Below, piece after piece: positions 37,613-48,319 of a DNA stretch of 64,000 nucleotides. The position numbers and the translations under genes are program-made. The stretch is from a virus. The stretch is from IMG/VR virus record IMGVR_UViG_3300035663_000004, positions 1 to 64,000 of that record; one strand, 5' to 3'. Position 1 is the first letter of the stretch. Each line of letters begins with the position of its first letter. The notes under the pieces were generated by a model. The model was not told the DNA's origin, made no database searches, and saw only the letters and a program-made list of their open reading frames with translations.

Positions 37613-38056
37613 ATGAAATTCAAAGCACTTCTTTTCTTTTTTGCCTTTTTTTGTGCGGCTTTTGTCTCCGCGCAATCAAACGCATCAAAAGTCGTTCCGT
37701 GGGTTCAAAACGGCGACTCTCTTTCCGAAAACACGACTCTGGCCTATGAGCTTGCCATTGGCGGAACAATTGATAAAACAAAACTGTGGAACTACTCAGT
37801 TATTGTTTTTGCCGATTCGATTTCCGGCGCCAACGCCGGGACGGTTCAACTTCAAATTTCCAACGATCCCGCCGGAACGGCCTCGCCTATTTGGTCTAAT
37901 TATGGCACGGCTGGAACTATTGACGGAACCGCAGATCAGTTTTTTAACTACGAAGGGACGCTCTATGCTCGCCGCCTCCGTGTTTTAATTACCTCTCCTG
38001 CCGGAACCCGAAAAACTGCTATTCGCCTGCGTGGGCTTTTCCGACAAGTTGAATAA
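37613..38056 (+). CDS. Sec-signal beta-sandwich protein (decoration/spike-like)
   Basis: MKFKALLFFFAFFCAAFVSA|Q; GTVQLQISND..W..ARRLRVLIT. Confidence 0.65.
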   Translation: MKFKALLFFFAFFCAAFVSAQSNASKVVPWVQNGDSLSENTTLAYELAIGGTIDKTKLWNYSVIVFADSISGANAGTVQLQISNDPAGTASPIWSNYGTAGTIDGTADQFFNYEGTLYARRLRVLITSPAGTRKTAIRLRGLFRQVE

Positions 38057-38121
38057 AGAAGTTCTGCTGCATACGTTACCGGGCGCACGAAACGGAAGTT
38101 ATCGTGCGCCCACCTTTAAGA

Positions 38122-39369
38122 ATGAAAAAGTTATCTTTATTCATATTATTCTTAGGCTTTTTCTTCCGGTTGTTTAGTCAAGGGACTGTTTTGACAACGG
38201 AGGGCGGGAAGCCTGTTATGTTAAACCTCGACGAAATGCGCACGGTGCGCCCTGTTACGTCGGGGTCTTTGATTTTATACGGATCGGCATTGCGCGCTAT
38301 TTACGTTTCTGAAACGCCTGCGCAAATTGCAGGATCGGGGTGCGGTCAAATAGCGCTTGTAAATACGACCGACGTTGGCAGGAATACGATTGTTGGCATT
38401 GGCGTTCGCCATATTGACGCGATTCGGAAAACATCCGACGGCAAAGCGAGTATTGCAATGAATGCGACCAATATTCCGGCTATGAAAAGCGTGGAGGATT
38501 TTGAAGCGATTGTCTTGCGGATTGCGGTGTGTTCTACCGGCCCTGGAGGCAACGGGTCTTCTGCGGGCGGAGATCGGGACAGTATTGAAGCGATGGTTTA
38601 TGTTCCGACTACCGGGCGGCTTTCACTTATAAATGAATCCGGGGATAGCATTAGCGTAGTTATAAACAATCAAACGCTGTCTGTAACAGGAGATAGTTTA
38701 AGTATTAGTTTTGGCAATAAAGTAAAACTGCCGTCAAAAAGCCTTTTGGATTTGGCATCTGAATTGCCATATTATGTTAGCGATTCCGCGGCGCTGGCTG
38801 CTGGTCTTGCTCCAGGCGCGCCCTATTTGTTGGAGTGCAATAATGACTACAATTTACCTTCCGGGCTTTTCAAGGTTGTAAAAATTTGTGGGTATGACTG
38901 TTTTATTGTTTTACGTTTTTATACAAACGATGAGGAGGCTGCGTCTTCCGGGGTTCCTGTTGGCAGGGAATATGTTTTGGATGATGACAACGCTTTGGGG
39001 GTTCTTTACGGCTTCATTAAAGTTCTTACAAATGATACGCTAAGCACGGGCGGATTGATTTGCAATGACACGCTGCCTGTTTATGCGTCTGACGCTTTGG
39101 CTATATCCGGCGGCCTGGCTGTTGGAGATCAATATGAAACTTCTGACGAAAATACCTATGGCGCTCCTGCTGGAATTGGTCGTATGGTTTCGTCTTCAAA
39201 TACTTTGTCCGGCACAACTCAGGTTTGCTGTGACGAAAATGACAATTTGCCTTTTTTCAGTAACGATTCGGCTGCTATTTCCGCCGGATTGTTGGCCGGA
39301 GAAAAGTATTATCTTTTAAAATCGAATACATACGGATGGCCGTATGGAACAAAAAAGACTGTTCAATGA
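38122..39369 (+). CDS. Sec-signal protein with two FlbD-like N-terminal domains and four LPxYxxDxAAxxxGL repeats
   Basis: MKKLSLFILFLGFFFRLFS|Q; repeats LPYYVSDSAALAAGL, LRFYTNDEEAASSGV, LPVYASDALAISGGL, LPFFSNDSAAISAGL separated by Cys pairs. Confidence 0.65.
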   Translation: MKKLSLFILFLGFFFRLFSQGTVLTTEGGKPVMLNLDEMRTVRPVTSGSLILYGSALRAIYVSETPAQIAGSGCGQIALVNTTDVGRNTIVGIGVRHIDAIRKTSDGKASIAMNATNIPAMKSVEDFEAIVLRIAVCSTGPGGNGSSAGGDRDSIEAMVYVPTTGRLSLINESGDSISVVINNQTLSVTGDSLSISFGNKVKLPSKSLLDLASELPYYVSDSAALAAGLAPGAPYLLECNNDYNLPSGLFKVVKICGYDCFIVLRFYTNDEEAASSGVPVGREYVLDDDNALGVLYGFIKVLTNDTLSTGGLICNDTLPVYASDALAISGGLAVGDQYETSDENTYGAPAGIGRMVSSSNTLSGTTQVCCDENDNLPFFSNDSAAISAGLLAGEKYYLLKSNTYGWPYGTKKTVQ

Positions 39370-42300
39370 ATCAAAAGTTTTTCCTTTCCGCCTTGTTTGT
39401 TTTTTCCTGCGGCATTGCGGGCGCGCAGGGTATCGTAAAGGGTTCCGGCATCATTTACAGCGATTCGATTCCTACGCATAGTGTAGATACGCTAAAAGAA
39501 GCGGAAATTGCTTTGGATGTCCGCACCGGGAATTACTATCAATGGAGCCGCGATTCGGTCAAGTGGGTGTTCTCCGGATTTAGGGTTGAGATCAAGCCCG
39601 GCGCCTGTTCTGCCCCAACGTACATTCCGGGGCGCAATCAGTCTTATTTCGTTTCCGACACTTGCGGAACATTTTATTTTTACAACGACACGCTTTGGAG
39701 GCAGGTTAAGGGGACGATTGCAGACGGAGATAAAGGAGATATAACGGTATCCGGAAACGGACTAAACTGGAATATTGACGCCGGAACGATTGGCGCTACC
39801 GAACTTGCGTCCACGTCTGTTGCTCCGGGAACGTACTCAAATGCTACGGTTACCGTTGACGCCGACGGTCGTATAACAAATGCCGTAAACGGGCCTACCG
39901 GCGCGCGCGGCATATATGATGGATCGGGAACTACCGGAGATTCTACGGTTGTTGCAAGTATCAAAAAGGAAATTCAGTTTAGGTCTGATTCTACGGATGC
40001 TTCATTTTTGGTGGACTTTACGCCGAATGATCTGTATGGAACCAACGCGGCTGTTCGCCCGGACTCTTTGAACTTCCTGTTTTTTAATTTAACGGGTTCA
40101 TCGCGTCTTGTTATTAAGTCGGACGGCATTTCCGCTATTACAAATACGGCAAACCCGTCTTTGCGGCTTACCGGGAACCCTGCGATATACAGCGCGGACT
40201 ACTCTCCGTTTACGGATCGTGAATTGCCGGACTACGCGGCGGTAAAAAAAATCGTTGTAGATTCTGTACAGGTTATAACTGTAACAAACGACACGGCGTA
40301 CTTGAGTCGGTCTGGAGGAATTATTCCATTGAAAAAATACGCTCAGGTTATTGATACGTTTTCAAGGCTTAATGATACGCTTTTTATATCTTTGAGCAAT
40401 GACAACGCCCCTGCTGTTAGTGCCATTATTGACGGTAGCTCAACAAATGAAATTCAGGACTTATCGTTATCCGGTCAAACGCTTTCTTTGAGCAATGACC
40501 CAACAACGGTGACGCTTCCGGTTATTGGAGTATCCGGCGGAACAGGAATTACAACAAGTTCGTCGGGCGGCACGGTAACGGTGACAAACGCCGCGCCGGA
40601 TCAAACCGTCTCAATTAGCGGATCGGGTATTACAACCGTTACGGGAACTTATCCGGTCTTTACCGTCACCAGCACGGAAAACGACGGATCAACTTCAAAT
40701 GAAGGTAGCCTTACAGTAGGAGCCGGAATAGCAACTACAAGCGTAATATCCTCAAATACAAGCGGAAGCACAAACGTCACCATTGAAGCCGGGTCTAATA
40801 TAACGTTAAGTGAATCAGGAAATACAATTACGATTGCATCTACGGCTGCCGGGGTAACGGATGGAGATAAAGACGATATTACGGTTTCCGGCTCCGGCGC
40901 AAACTGGAATATTCGAAATGACTCGGTAACAAGCCCTAAAATATTGGACGGAACTATTGCGCTGGCAGACATGGGCGCTAACAGCGTGGACTCAACAAAG
41001 GTGGGCGACAAAACGCTTAGTCTTAGTGATCTCAACGGGGCATGGGGGGTACAAAATGGATTCGTGTTGAAATGGAATGGGTCTAACTGGCGACCCGGGG
41101 CGGATAATACCGGGGCGGACGGGAACGGCATTTATGGCGGCGACGGAGATATACCAACCGGCACCGACGCGACATTGCCGCTCAATAGTTTTTTTAGGTT
41201 TGAATGGCCAAGCGGAAATACAGCCTTTATAATGGATGATTTTGGCGACACGGTTTATTTGGCCGACCCTTCGCTGGCTTCTTCTGTTTTGGTTTCCGCT
41301 TCAAAGGTCGGCCTTCGCTCAACAGGGAATATCGAACTTTGGGGTGGCACGGGCGGCGCTAAACTTCGGATGTTAGAACCGACGGGATCGGGAACTAACT
41401 ATACTGAAATTCAGGTCGGCGCACAGTCAACGGACATAACTTATACTTTGCCAACAACAACCGGATCGAATGGTCAATACCTGCAATTTACGACTGGCGG
41501 CCAGTTGCAATGGTCAACGGTGGCGGCCGGGGTAACGGATGGAGATAAAGACGATATTACGGTTTCCGGCTCCGGCGCAAACTGGAACATACGCAACGAT
41601 TCAGTAACAAGCCCAAAGATATTAGACGGGACGATTGCGCTGGTGGACATGGGCGCAAATAGTGTTGACTCAACAAAAATAGGCGACAAAACTGTAAGCC
41701 TTAGCGATCTTAATGGTGCGTGGGGCGCAAATGCAGGATCGGTGCTAAAATGGGACGGGAACAACTGGAGGCCGGGAACAGACAATAATACCGACGCGCA
41801 AACGCTATCTATTAATAGTACAACGGTAGGCAGTAGCGAGCGGTTTGCTGTTTCGATTTCCAGCGGGAATACGGTTAATTTTGACGTACCACAAGGGACG
41901 GTTACCTCGGTTGGTATCACTCAACCCGCTGCCGGAATAACAGTAACTAATAGCCCTGTAACAACAAGCGGAAATATAAGCCTTGCGCTTGCAAATGACC
42001 TTGGCGCGGTTGAAGGGCTTACCACGAACGGTATTGCGGTGCGGACTGGTGACAACACATGGACAACAAGAAGTATAGCGGGCGCGGCGGACCCTTCATC
42101 CACCGCATTACCTACTATAAACGATTTTAATGGCGTCAATGGTAACCCCACAATATCAATAAGCACATCAACAAGCACCACAAAACTAACGGCGCTTGTT
42201 GCTACAACCGCTAACATTACATTAAGCGGGACGCAAACGATTGATGGTGTTGCGCTAAGTGCAGACAACAGGGTGCTGGTTAAAAACCAAAATACAGCGA

Positions 42301-45300
42301 GCCAAAATGGCTTATATGTAGTTAGGACAACAGCGTGGGTCAGAGCAACAGACCTTGATGCAAATACCGAATTAAACAATGGAGTTTTGGTTTACATTAG
42401 TCGCGGGACAGCAAATGGAGGCAAATACTTTAGGCTCGCAACGTCAACAGAACCGCCATTAACCATAACCACAAGCGCTTTAAGCTTTAGCGAAACCCTT
42501 GGCGCTGGCGTGACGGACGGCGACAAGGATGATATAACGGTATCAAATTCAGGCGCAAACTGGAATATTAGAAACGATAGTGTTACGACTCCAAAAATCC
42601 TAAACGGAACAATCCTGTTTGAAGACATTGGCCAAAACAGCGCATCGCCCGGACAGGTTATCAAGTGGAACGGGACAGCTTGGGCGGCGGCGGCCGACAA
42701 TACAGGCGGATCGGGTTCGACTGATTTAAGCTGGACGGGCGCTTCTTCGCCTTATACGCTTAATAGTTCTTCTGGCACGGATGTGGATTTCGCGCAAGGC
42801 GGCGGCATAACGCTTTCAACAAGCGGGGCAACCTTGACTATTGCGGCTACGGATCAGTCCACGACAAACGAATTACAGACACTTTCTACGGCTACAAATA
42901 CGGTAACGCTAAGCAATAGCGGCGGCAGTTTTACGATTGCAGGCGGCGGCATAAACGCTGCTTCAACATCGGGTTCTACTATTACAATAACCGGAACAGA
43001 GGTGGATGGCTCAACGACAAATGAGATACAAGACCTTTCGCTTTCAGGCCAAACGCTTTCTTTGAGCAGCGACGCTACAACGGTGACGCTTCCGGTTATC
43101 GCGGTATCGGCTGGAACTGGAATATCCACAAGTTCTTCCGGCGGCACGGTGACGGTGACTAATTCGGCGCCCGACCAAACAGTAGGAATAACCGGAACCG
43201 GAATAACAGTAGTTTCTAATTACCCAAACTTTACTCTTACGGCGGCCGATCAGTCAGCCTCAAACGAAGTGCTAACAATTTCCGATGGCACAAACACCGA
43301 GGCTCTGGGCGGTCAAACATTAACAGTTGCAGGCGGTGGTATCAATACGGCATCCTATAATGCTACAACCAATACGCTTACGATTAGCGGCACCGAGAAT
43401 GACGGATCAACCTCAAACGAAGGTATTTTAGGTGTAGGCGCTGGATCGGGAACAACCGCTACAATTACAACAAACACAACAACCGGGAATGCTGTAACTA
43501 TCGCGGGCGGTGGTATTGTGGCTATTACAAAAACAACAGGTACGAACGGCGGCACTATTACTATTACCGGCACCGAGGCGGATGGCTCAACTACGAATGA
43601 ATTGCAAACGCTTTCCACGGCAACAAATACCGTTACACTCAGTAACAGCGGCGGAAGTTTTACAATCTCTGGCGCTGGCATTAATACGGCATCTACTTCC
43701 GGCTCAACTATAACTATAACAGGAACCGAGAACGACGGCTCAACTACAAATGAACTTCAGACGTTAAGTACGGCGACAAACACCGTTACGCTTTCTAATT
43801 CAGGCGGCAGCTTCACAATAGCAGGTGGTGGTATCAATACAGTATCCACAAGCGGGTCAACTATTACTGTTACTGGAACTGAAAACGACGGCTCAACCAC
43901 AAACGAACTGCAAACAATCGCCAACACATCCGACGCAACCAGTCATACGGTGACGCTGTCTAATTCGGGCGGGTCGGTGCAGTTGATTCAAGGCGCTGGT
44001 ATTGATCTTACAACAGGCGGGAACAGCGGCGCGGGAACGGTTACGATTGCGGCCACAAATAGCGGCACGGTTACATCGGTAGGCATCACCGCACCGGCCG
44101 CCGGCATAACCGTAAGCAATAGCCCTATCACGTCGAGCGGGAATATTACACTTGCGCTTGCGGATGATTTAGCGGCGGTAGAGGGATTAACGAGTATAGG
44201 TGTTGCTGTTAGAACCAATAATGTGCCGCCAACATGGACAACAAGGTCTTTAACGGTAGCTAATCCTATTTCTATACAAAACGCTACGGGCGCAAGCGAT
44301 AATCCGTTTATATATTTAAACAATGGAGATTACGGCGATATAAGCATTGCAAACTCTAATTTGCCCCTCGGGCTTCGTGGCGATGTTTGGACGATTGATG
44401 CCAACGTAGTAGATTCAACAAACGTCGGCAACAATACGTTGAGCGTTGACGATATTAACGGCGGGTGGGGCGTTCAAACCGGGTCTGTATTGAAATGGAA
44501 CGGGACAAACTGGCGTCCGGGAACAGACGAAACAGGCGGCGGCGGCGGCGGCGTGACCGACGGCGACAAAGGCGACATAACGGTATCCGCTTCCGGCGCT
44601 ACGTGGACGATTGATAACACCGTTGTGAATTACGCAAAAATCCAAAACATATCCAACACAAACCGCATTTTAGGCCGGGCAACGGCCGGGGCTGGATCAG
44701 TCGAAGAGATAACAGTTGGTGGCGATTTGACCCAAAGCGGGTCAAATTTTACGGTTGCTAACGACGCCATCACTTTTGCGAAAATGCAGAACAGCGCAGC
44801 CGCCGGGCTTTCGGTAGTTGGGCGAAGCGCAAACAGCGCCGGGGATTTCGCCGAAATAAACGCGGGCACAGACGGCTTTGTGTTGCGCAGGTCGGGTACT
44901 ACTTTGGGCTTTGGGACGGTGGCGACGGCGGGGATTGCGGACGCGGCGGTGACTTACGCAAAAATCCAAAACGTAGCAGGTAACAGCGTGTTGGCTCGTA
45001 CTGCCAGCGGATCGGGCACCCTTAGCGAGGTGGCGCTTTCGGCTTCTAATTTGTTAGGTCGCGGTAGTACGGGTAATGTGAGCGCGATTACGTTGGGTAG
45101 TAATTTGTCTATGTCGGGCACAGCCCTTAACACGACCGGGCATCCAACAATCACGGGAACGCCAACGACAAACGCGATACCGAAATGGACATCAAGTTCG
45201 GCGCTGGGTTCGACGATTGTCCAAGAGTCAATTTCTGGCGCGGACACGATCATTCAGATCGTTGGCCGGGACGCTTTGCGGTTGCCGCTGGGGACTACGG

Positions 45301-46223
45301 CGGAGCGGCCGGGAACGCCTACTATTGGTATGACGCGCTATAATACTACTAATGGGGCGTTTGAGTATTATGACGCGGACGCGTGGGAAACGCCGCTGAT
45401 TTCGGCTACGGGTACGGGACTTGGTACGGCGGGAAATGTGTTTTTTGCGGATGCGAATGGGCGGGCAAGCGGATCAACAAACCTTTTTTGGGACGCGACT
45501 AATAGCAGGCTGGGTGTTGGGACAAGTTCGCCGCAAAGTCAGTTTCACTTTGTAACGAACGTTTCAGGCGACCCATCAAACTTCGTTGTAGAGCGATACA
45601 CAGCAAACGCAAACATTATCCAGCGCCGCGCGAACGGAACTATTGCGTCGCCAACAGCCTGCCTTAATGGAGATGTATTGGGCGCAAACGCTTTTCGTGG
45701 CCATAACGGGACGGCGTTCGCATCCCTTTCATCTGTAGTCATGCTTGCTGTTGCTACGGAAAACTGGACAACCTCTGCAAATGGCGCGAGGTTTACAATT
45801 AACACGATTCCTAACGGGGCAACTTCAGGAAGTGCACGATTTACAATTAACCACAACGGCAACGTAAATATTGGTAGCGGCACAAGTCCTGAAAACAGGT
45901 TGCAAATTGAAGGCACCCTCGGTCGCAACGCGCCCGTATCAACTGACGCCACAGCATACGTCATGACAAATGACGTATCTACCACGTGGCTAATTTGTGA
46001 CGAAACAGCAACAACAACGATCACCCTTCCGGCGGCATCAAGTTGGAGCGGCCGCGAACTCACAATCAAAAATATCACCGCTTTTGCGGTGAACTCAAAC
46101 GCGTCTAACGTTTTGCCTATTGGCAGCAATACGGCGGGAACGGCGATACTTTCAGCAACGGCTGGATCGTGGGCGCTGCTGGTATCAAATGGCACGAACT
46201 GGGTTATAATGCAACGCGGATAA
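39366..46223 (+). CDS. Giant Sec-signal modular fibre/adhesin-like protein
   Basis: MNQKFFLSALFVFSCGIAGA|Q; repeated GDK(G/D)DITVS, DGSTTNE(L/I)QTLS and VLKWNG..W units; tail-fibre motif ATTANITLSGTQTIDGVAL..RVLVKNQ..ASQNGLY. Confidence 0.75.
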   Translation: MNQKFFLSALFVFSCGIAGAQGIVKGSGIIYSDSIPTHSVDTLKEAEIALDVRTGNYYQWSRDSVKWVFSGFRVEIKPGACSAPTYIPGRNQSYFVSDTCGTFYFYNDTLWRQVKGTIADGDKGDITVSGNGLNWNIDAGTIGATELASTSVAPGTYSNATVTVDADGRITNAVNGPTGARGIYDGSGTTGDSTVVASIKKEIQFRSDSTDASFLVDFTPNDLYGTNAAVRPDSLNFLFFNLTGSSRLVIKSDGISAITNTANPSLRLTGNPAIYSADYSPFTDRELPDYAAVKKIVVDSVQVITVTNDTAYLSRSGGIIPLKKYAQVIDTFSRLNDTLFISLSNDNAPAVSAIIDGSSTNEIQDLSLSGQTLSLSNDPTTVTLPVIGVSGGTGITTSSSGGTVTVTNAAPDQTVSISGSGITTVTGTYPVFTVTSTENDGSTSNEGSLTVGAGIATTSVISSNTSGSTNVTIEAGSNITLSESGNTITIASTAAGVTDGDKDDITVSGSGANWNIRNDSVTSPKILDGTIALADMGANSVDSTKVGDKTLSLSDLNGAWGVQNGFVLKWNGSNWRPGADNTGADGNGIYGGDGDIPTGTDATLPLNSFFRFEWPSGNTAFIMDDFGDTVYLADPSLASSVLVSASKVGLRSTGNIELWGGTGGAKLRMLEPTGSGTNYTEIQVGAQSTDITYTLPTTTGSNGQYLQFTTGGQLQWSTVAAGVTDGDKDDITVSGSGANWNIRNDSVTSPKILDGTIALVDMGANSVDSTKIGDKTVSLSDLNGAWGANAGSVLKWDGNNWRPGTDNNTDAQTLSINSTTVGSSERFAVSISSGNTVNFDVPQGTVTSVGITQPAAGITVTNSPVTTSGNISLALANDLGAVEGLTTNGIAVRTGDNTWTTRSIAGAADPSSTALPTINDFNGVNGNPTISISTSTSTTKLTALVATTANITLSGTQTIDGVALSADNRVLVKNQNTASQNGLYVVRTTAWVRATDLDANTELNNGVLVYISRGTANGGKYFRLATSTEPPLTITTSALSFSETLGAGVTDGDKDDITVSNSGANWNIRNDSVTTPKILNGTILFEDIGQNSASPGQVIKWNGTAWAAAADNTGGSGSTDLSWTGASSPYTLNSSSGTDVDFAQGGGITLSTSGATLTIAATDQSTTNELQTLSTATNTVTLSNSGGSFTIAGGGINAASTSGSTITITGTEVDGSTTNEIQDLSLSGQTLSLSSDATTVTLPVIAVSAGTGISTSSSGGTVTVTNSAPDQTVGITGTGITVVSNYPNFTLTAADQSASNEVLTISDGTNTEALGGQTLTVAGGGINTASYNATTNTLTISGTENDGSTSNEGILGVGAGSGTTATITTNTTTGNAVTIAGGGIVAITKTTGTNGGTITITGTEADGSTTNELQTLSTATNTVTLSNSGGSFTISGAGINTASTSGSTITITGTENDGSTTNELQTLSTATNTVTLSNSGGSFTIAGGGINTVSTSGSTITVTGTENDGSTTNELQTIANTSDATSHTVTLSNSGGSVQLIQGAGIDLTTGGNSGAGTVTIAATNSGTVTSVGITAPAAGITVSNSPITSSGNITLALADDLAAVEGLTSIGVAVRTNNVPPTWTTRSLTVANPISIQNATGASDNPFIYLNNGDYGDISIANSNLPLGLRGDVWTIDANVVDSTNVGNNTLSVDDINGGWGVQTGSVLKWNGTNWRPGTDETGGGGGGVTDGDKGDITVSASGATWTIDNTVVNYAKIQNISNTNRILGRATAGAGSVEEITVGGDLTQSGSNFTVANDAITFAKMQNSAAAGLSVVGRSANSAGDFAEINAGTDGFVLRRSGTTLGFGTVATAGIADAAVTYAKIQNVAGNSVLARTASGSGTLSEVALSASNLLGRGSTGNVSAITLGSNLSMSGTALNTTGHPTITGTPTTNAIPKWTSSSALGSTIVQESISGADTIIQIVGRDALRLPLGTTAERPGTPTIGMTRYNTTNGAFEYYDADAWETPLISATGTGLGTAGNVFFADANGRASGSTNLFWDATNSRLGVGTSSPQSQFHFVTNVSGDPSNFVVERYTANANIIQRRANGTIASPTACLNGDVLGANAFRGHNGTAFASLSSVVMLAVATENWTTSANGARFTINTIPNGATSGSARFTINHNGNVNIGSGTSPENRLQIEGTLGRNAPVSTDATAYVMTNDVSTTWLICDETATTTITLPAASSWSGRELTIKNITAFAVNSNASNVLPIGSNTAGTAILSATAGSWALLVSNGTNWVIMQRG

Positions 46224-46238
46224 AACAAACATTAAAAT

Positions 46239-46871
46239 ATGAAACACATCCTTTTCCTTCTCCTTTTCCCGGCTGCCTTGTTGGCGCAAGATCAACCGGA
46301 CACAACCGCCGTCACCTATGAAAACCGGGGCGGCATCTTTTACACCGTCACGAAAACAACGTTTCAATCCGGGCGGATCGTGACCGAAGAAACGCCGCTT
46401 GGCGCGGACACAGCAGGCGTGGTAAACGCCATTATCGGGCCGGTATTCACAGCCACAACCGACGCCGCAAACAAGGCTATACAGGTGGCACGGCTTAACC
46501 GGGTGCGGCAACAGGTGGTGGCGGCCAACGCGGCGCTCAACGGGCTTGTTGGACAGGATTATTTTAGCGTGGTACAGAACGCCGTTGGCCAGGAATTTTT
46601 GCCGGATTCATTACAAAGTATCCCGGCTACTATGCGCGTTGACGGCGGCTCTCCCATCACCGCATCAATCCGGCGAAACGCCGCCGGGCGCTTGGTATTT
46701 AGGCAGGGAACGCAGAACTTTACGCTGGATATCGTTAGCCGTAATTGGATACGCTTGCGGCGCTATCAGGGTACGGAAACGCTGGCGACAGACGCCGTGA
46801 TTGTTGATCTGTTCAAAGAAACTGAAGGGCGCTGGATTTCTCTTGATCTTAAATATAATCTGCGAAAATAA
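46239..46871 (+). CDS. Sec-signal hypothetical protein
   Basis: MKHILFLLLFPAALLA|Q. Confidence 0.65.
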   Translation: MKHILFLLLFPAALLAQDQPDTTAVTYENRGGIFYTVTKTTFQSGRIVTEETPLGADTAGVVNAIIGPVFTATTDAANKAIQVARLNRVRQQVVAANAALNGLVGQDYFSVVQNAVGQEFLPDSLQSIPATMRVDGGSPITASIRRNAAGRLVFRQGTQNFTLDIVSRNWIRLRRYQGTETLATDAVIVDLFKETEGRWISLDLKYNLRK

Positions 46872-47989
46872 TGGCGAACAAAAAAATTTCCGAACTTGAA
46901 CCCGGCCAACAGGTAGTTGCGGACACGCAGTTACCCGGTTCACTGGGCGCGCAGACGTTCAAGTACACGGCTGACCAACTGGCTGCCTACGTTCAATCTA
47001 AGGACACGGCGGGCGATATTGACGGGCCGCTGACCGGTGCCGAAGTAGTCGGCATTCGCGGGCGCTCGGTATCTGCGACGGAGCCAACGAACGGGCAGAT
47101 ATTGCAATGGAACGGTACGGCATGGATCCCGGTCGCTGCGCCTGCCGCTGCGTTCACGCCGGTGGTATACGAATATAGCAACCCCGTTACCAACGAACTG
47201 CTTACAATCCCGACCGGCGCAACGCTCATAGATATTATTTGCATCGGCGCTGGCGCTGGCGGCGGTTCCGGGCGCCGGGGCGCTGCGGGGACGGTTCGCT
47301 GTGGCGGAGGCGGTGGCGGTTCCGGTACTTTTTCTACCATCACGGTACGCGCGGGCGATATTGACGGGCCGCTAAAAGTTACGGTCGGCGCTGGAGGGAG
47401 CGGTGGTACAGCCCGTACAGTGGACAGTACAGACGGCGCGAACGGTAGCCCTGGCACGTCTTCGCAGGTTACGTCGAACACGAACGCGATATTGTGTTTT
47501 GCGCTCCGAGGCGGAGCGGGAATAGGGGGTACCACATCAAGTGGCCCTGGCGGTGCTGCTGGTACGTCTGGCGACTTTCAAGGCAGCGCCGGCAATTCGG
47601 CGTCAACAAGCGGCGGAGCGGGGCAGGACGCAGGCGCTGCTTCGTCGAGAGGCCCGTCGGGTGGCGGCGCTGGTGGCGGTATTACATCCGGCAACGCCGC
47701 ATCGGACGGTAGCAGCGGGCAGTCGGTGGTTCACGGGCAAATCTTGGTCGTGAACCGGGGCACGGTCGCAAACCCAAACGCGTCCGGGGGGTATTCGCCG
47801 TTACAGGGGCAAACAACTGGCGGCGGCGGCGGCGGCGGTGGAGCGTCCAGCCTAACCGGCGCTGGAGGACTTGGCGGTAACGGCGTACGCGGCGGCGGTG
47901 GCGGTGGTGGTGGTGCGAGTGTGAACGGAAACAACTCCGGCGCGGGCGGCAACGGCGGCAATGGTTACGTGCGTATAATCTTTTTGTAA
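46871..47989 (+). CDS. Glycine-rich accessory fibre protein (KKISEL N-terminus)
   Basis: MANKKISEL, PTNGQILQWNGTAW, glycine-rich domain IGAGAGGGSG..GGNGYVRI. Confidence 0.7.
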   Translation: MANKKISELEPGQQVVADTQLPGSLGAQTFKYTADQLAAYVQSKDTAGDIDGPLTGAEVVGIRGRSVSATEPTNGQILQWNGTAWIPVAAPAAAFTPVVYEYSNPVTNELLTIPTGATLIDIICIGAGAGGGSGRRGAAGTVRCGGGGGGSGTFSTITVRAGDIDGPLKVTVGAGGSGGTARTVDSTDGANGSPGTSSQVTSNTNAILCFALRGGAGIGGTTSSGPGGAAGTSGDFQGSAGNSASTSGGAGQDAGAASSRGPSGGGAGGGITSGNAASDGSSGQSVVHGQILVVNRGTVANPNASGGYSPLQGQTTGGGGGGGGASSLTGAGGLGGNGVRGGGGGGGGASVNGNNSGAGGNGGNGYVRIIFL

Positions 47990-48112
47990 TATGAACATGA
48001 AAAAAATTATCCGGGCATTTTGGGCGGCGGTGTTCTGTGCAGTAATACTGCCCACCGTCGCGCTGGCAGCCGTCACGATGAAAGCAGCGTCCGGCATGGA
48101 CGCAGACGTATA

Positions 48113-48319
48113 ATGGACGTAACATCCGAACTTGCAGACATTATCGGGCCGCGCCGGGCGGGCGAAGCAATAGAAGCGCTATGCATTATTGCGGAAAACC
48201 TGCGCGGAGATCACCCGCACGCACGCATGGTGCTGGTGTTCGACGGCGTCAGCGCGCCACAATGGGGTAAGGCGATTGACCGGACGCGCATTGAAGATGA
48301 GGAGGCGAAACCGGGCTAA
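48113..48319 (+). CDS. Hypothetical protein
   Basis: Likely start MDVTSEL at 48113, overlapping the stop of a 40-aa TM ORF (47991-48113). Confidence 0.45.
   Translation: MDVTSELADIIGPRRAGEAIEALCIIAENLRGDHPHARMVLVFDGVSAPQWGKAIDRTRIEDEEAKPG

Noticed and set aside
39366-47989. Diversity-generating retroelement acting on the fibres
   Set aside because: No reverse transcriptase in the window; repeat differences are mostly synonymous, not adenine-specific
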